A model generated the notes under the pieces. The model was not told where the DNA came from. It ran no database searches and saw only the letters and a list, made by a program, of their open reading frames with translations. Both the position numbers and the translations under genes were made by a program. 64,000 nt of DNA from an uncultured Leptospirales bacterium (GTDB lineage: Bacteria; Spirochaetota; UBA4802; UBA5550): NCBI GenBank assembly GCA_964529965.1, contig CAZHAD010000003.1, positions 16,660 through 80,659 of the forward strand. Reading direction: 5' to 3'. Positions within the stretch are counted from its first letter, which is position 1; the number at the start of each line of letters is the position of its first letter. Of the stretch, positions 63,282 through 64,000 are shown in pieces.

Positions 63282-64000
63282 ATCTGGCATACTCCGCTTT
63301 GATGTGGTCAAACAGGGACTCATAGCGCGCACGGTATTCCCGGAGGTTCTCAAGAATGAGCATCCCCGCCGAGTACTGCTCCGCGATACGACGGTCCCAG
63401 GGAAAAGACATCAATATCGGAATTTTTTCCTCTTCGCAGTAGTTGCTCACCTCGTTATCGCCGATATTGCATAAATTTATTACCACGCCCATTGGAACGT
63501 TGAGTTTCCTGACCATTTCAACCGCGAGCTTTAAATCGTTGAGGCCGAAAGGCGTCGGTTCCGTCACCAAAACGCAGAAATCGGCACCCTTCACGGTTTC
63601 CACCACCGGGCAGGATGTTCCGGGCGGCGAGTCCAAGATGACCGTACGCCCGGACTCGATGCGATCCTTCACCCTACGTATGAGAGGTGGCGCCATGGGC
63701 TCCCCGACGTTCAGGACGCCGTGAACGAAGGATAGACCACCAGTTGATCCTGTTTCAATGACGCCTATCTCGCGATCCTCCTCGCGGATGGCCTTTTCCG
63801 GGCAGAAATACTCACATGCGCCGCACCCGTGGCAGAGCTCCGGGAATACCATGACGCGCTTCTTTATAACGACGATCGCGCTGAACTCGCAAACCTCGCC
63901 GCACTTCCCGCAATGGGTGCACCGCGATTCATCGACCACGGGCACAGGAAGCCCTACTGTTTCCCTTTTATAAATAACCGGCTTCAAGAACAGATGTGTG
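63253..64000 (-). CDS. MinD/ParA-class P-loop ATPase with inserted ferredoxin module (COG1149-like), type 1 paralogue; N-terminus beyond the window
   Basis: The frame stays open to the window edge (THLFLKPVIYK...). CTHCGKCGEVCEFSA and CHGCGACEYFCPEKA motifs. DSPPGTSCP. Colinear with 51462..52322. Confidence 0.85.
   Translation of the reverse strand, partial: THLFLKPVIYKRETVGLPVPVVDESRCTHCGKCGEVCEFSAIVVIKKRVMVFPELCHGCGACEYFCPEKAIREEDREIGVIETGSTGGLSFVHGVLNVGEPMAPPLIRRVKDRIESGRTVILDSPPGTSCPVVETVKGADFCVLVTEPTPFGLNDLKLAVEMVRKLNVPMGVVINLCNIGDNEVSNYCEEEKIPILMSFPWDRRIAEQYSAGMLILENLREYRARYESLFDHIKAEYARYEKAHCHKR

Noticed and set aside
1-64000. Search for tRNA, rRNA, tmRNA, CRISPR arrays, transposases, integrases and phage genes.
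   Set aside because: No T-arm-like GGTTCGAAT motifs occur in intergenic regions. No long direct-repeat arrays are present, and no ORF has a recognisable recombinase or transposase motif. Detection by eye is imperfect for small RNAs.

Overview
This 64-kb window comes from a GC-rich bacterium. Its gene content (sigma-54 activator, HdrD-like CCG proteins, a multihaem cytochrome, two apparent UGA recoding events) suggests an anaerobic Desulfobacterota-type lifestyle; that is inference only. All protein calls come from reading motifs in the supplied translations, with no database search.

**Layout**
- 1-15 kb: housekeeping string rimP-nusA-infB-rbfA-truB-rpsO-pnp-M16 peptidase, then a bactofilin + LysM/M23 peptidase pair and glyS.
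- 15-34 kb:
  - Envelope genes (acetyltransferase, GT4).
  - A TetR-headed redox operon: two C_GCAxxG_C_C proteins, two CCG-type Fe-S proteins and a FAD oxidase.
  - A FadL-like OMP with a FadJ-like enzyme, then malic enzyme, WrbA, nitroreductase, cyclophilin and YciH.
  - An ABC-F gene with its second ATPase domain deleted, then SrkA.
- 34.6-64 kb: a compositionally mosaic accessory region.

**Best candidate for an undescribed system**
- A sigma-54-driven operon (49.7-54.4 kb) encodes three NifX-like small proteins, an MBL-fold protein, a pair of MinD-type ATPases with inserted ferredoxin modules, and an Mrp/NBP35 ATPase.
- A second partial copy sits at 60-64 kb (ATPase pair + DUF59 + IscU-like + J-protein). 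A DUF134-NifX-like-ferredoxin operon sits at 40.9-42.0 kb.
- The operons are linked by a shared 16-bp palindrome that overlaps two promoters.
- No nitrogenase genes are present in the window.

**Genes embedded among these modules**
- A peroxiredoxin with UGA at the peroxidatic Cys position, followed by a SECIS-like hairpin.
- A roughly 11-haem cytochrome whose signal-peptide exon is joined to the body only through an in-frame UGA.
- A non-canonical arsR-cytochrome-rhodanese-arsC arrangement.
- A cysteine-desulfurase/YedF/DUF3343 Se/S-trafficking trio, preceded by a small Cys-rich ORF and an attenuator-like leader.

**Other observations**
- A three-copy REP-like hairpin family.
- A multi-lesion TrmO pseudogene.
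- No tRNA, rRNA, CRISPR array or transposase was recognised.
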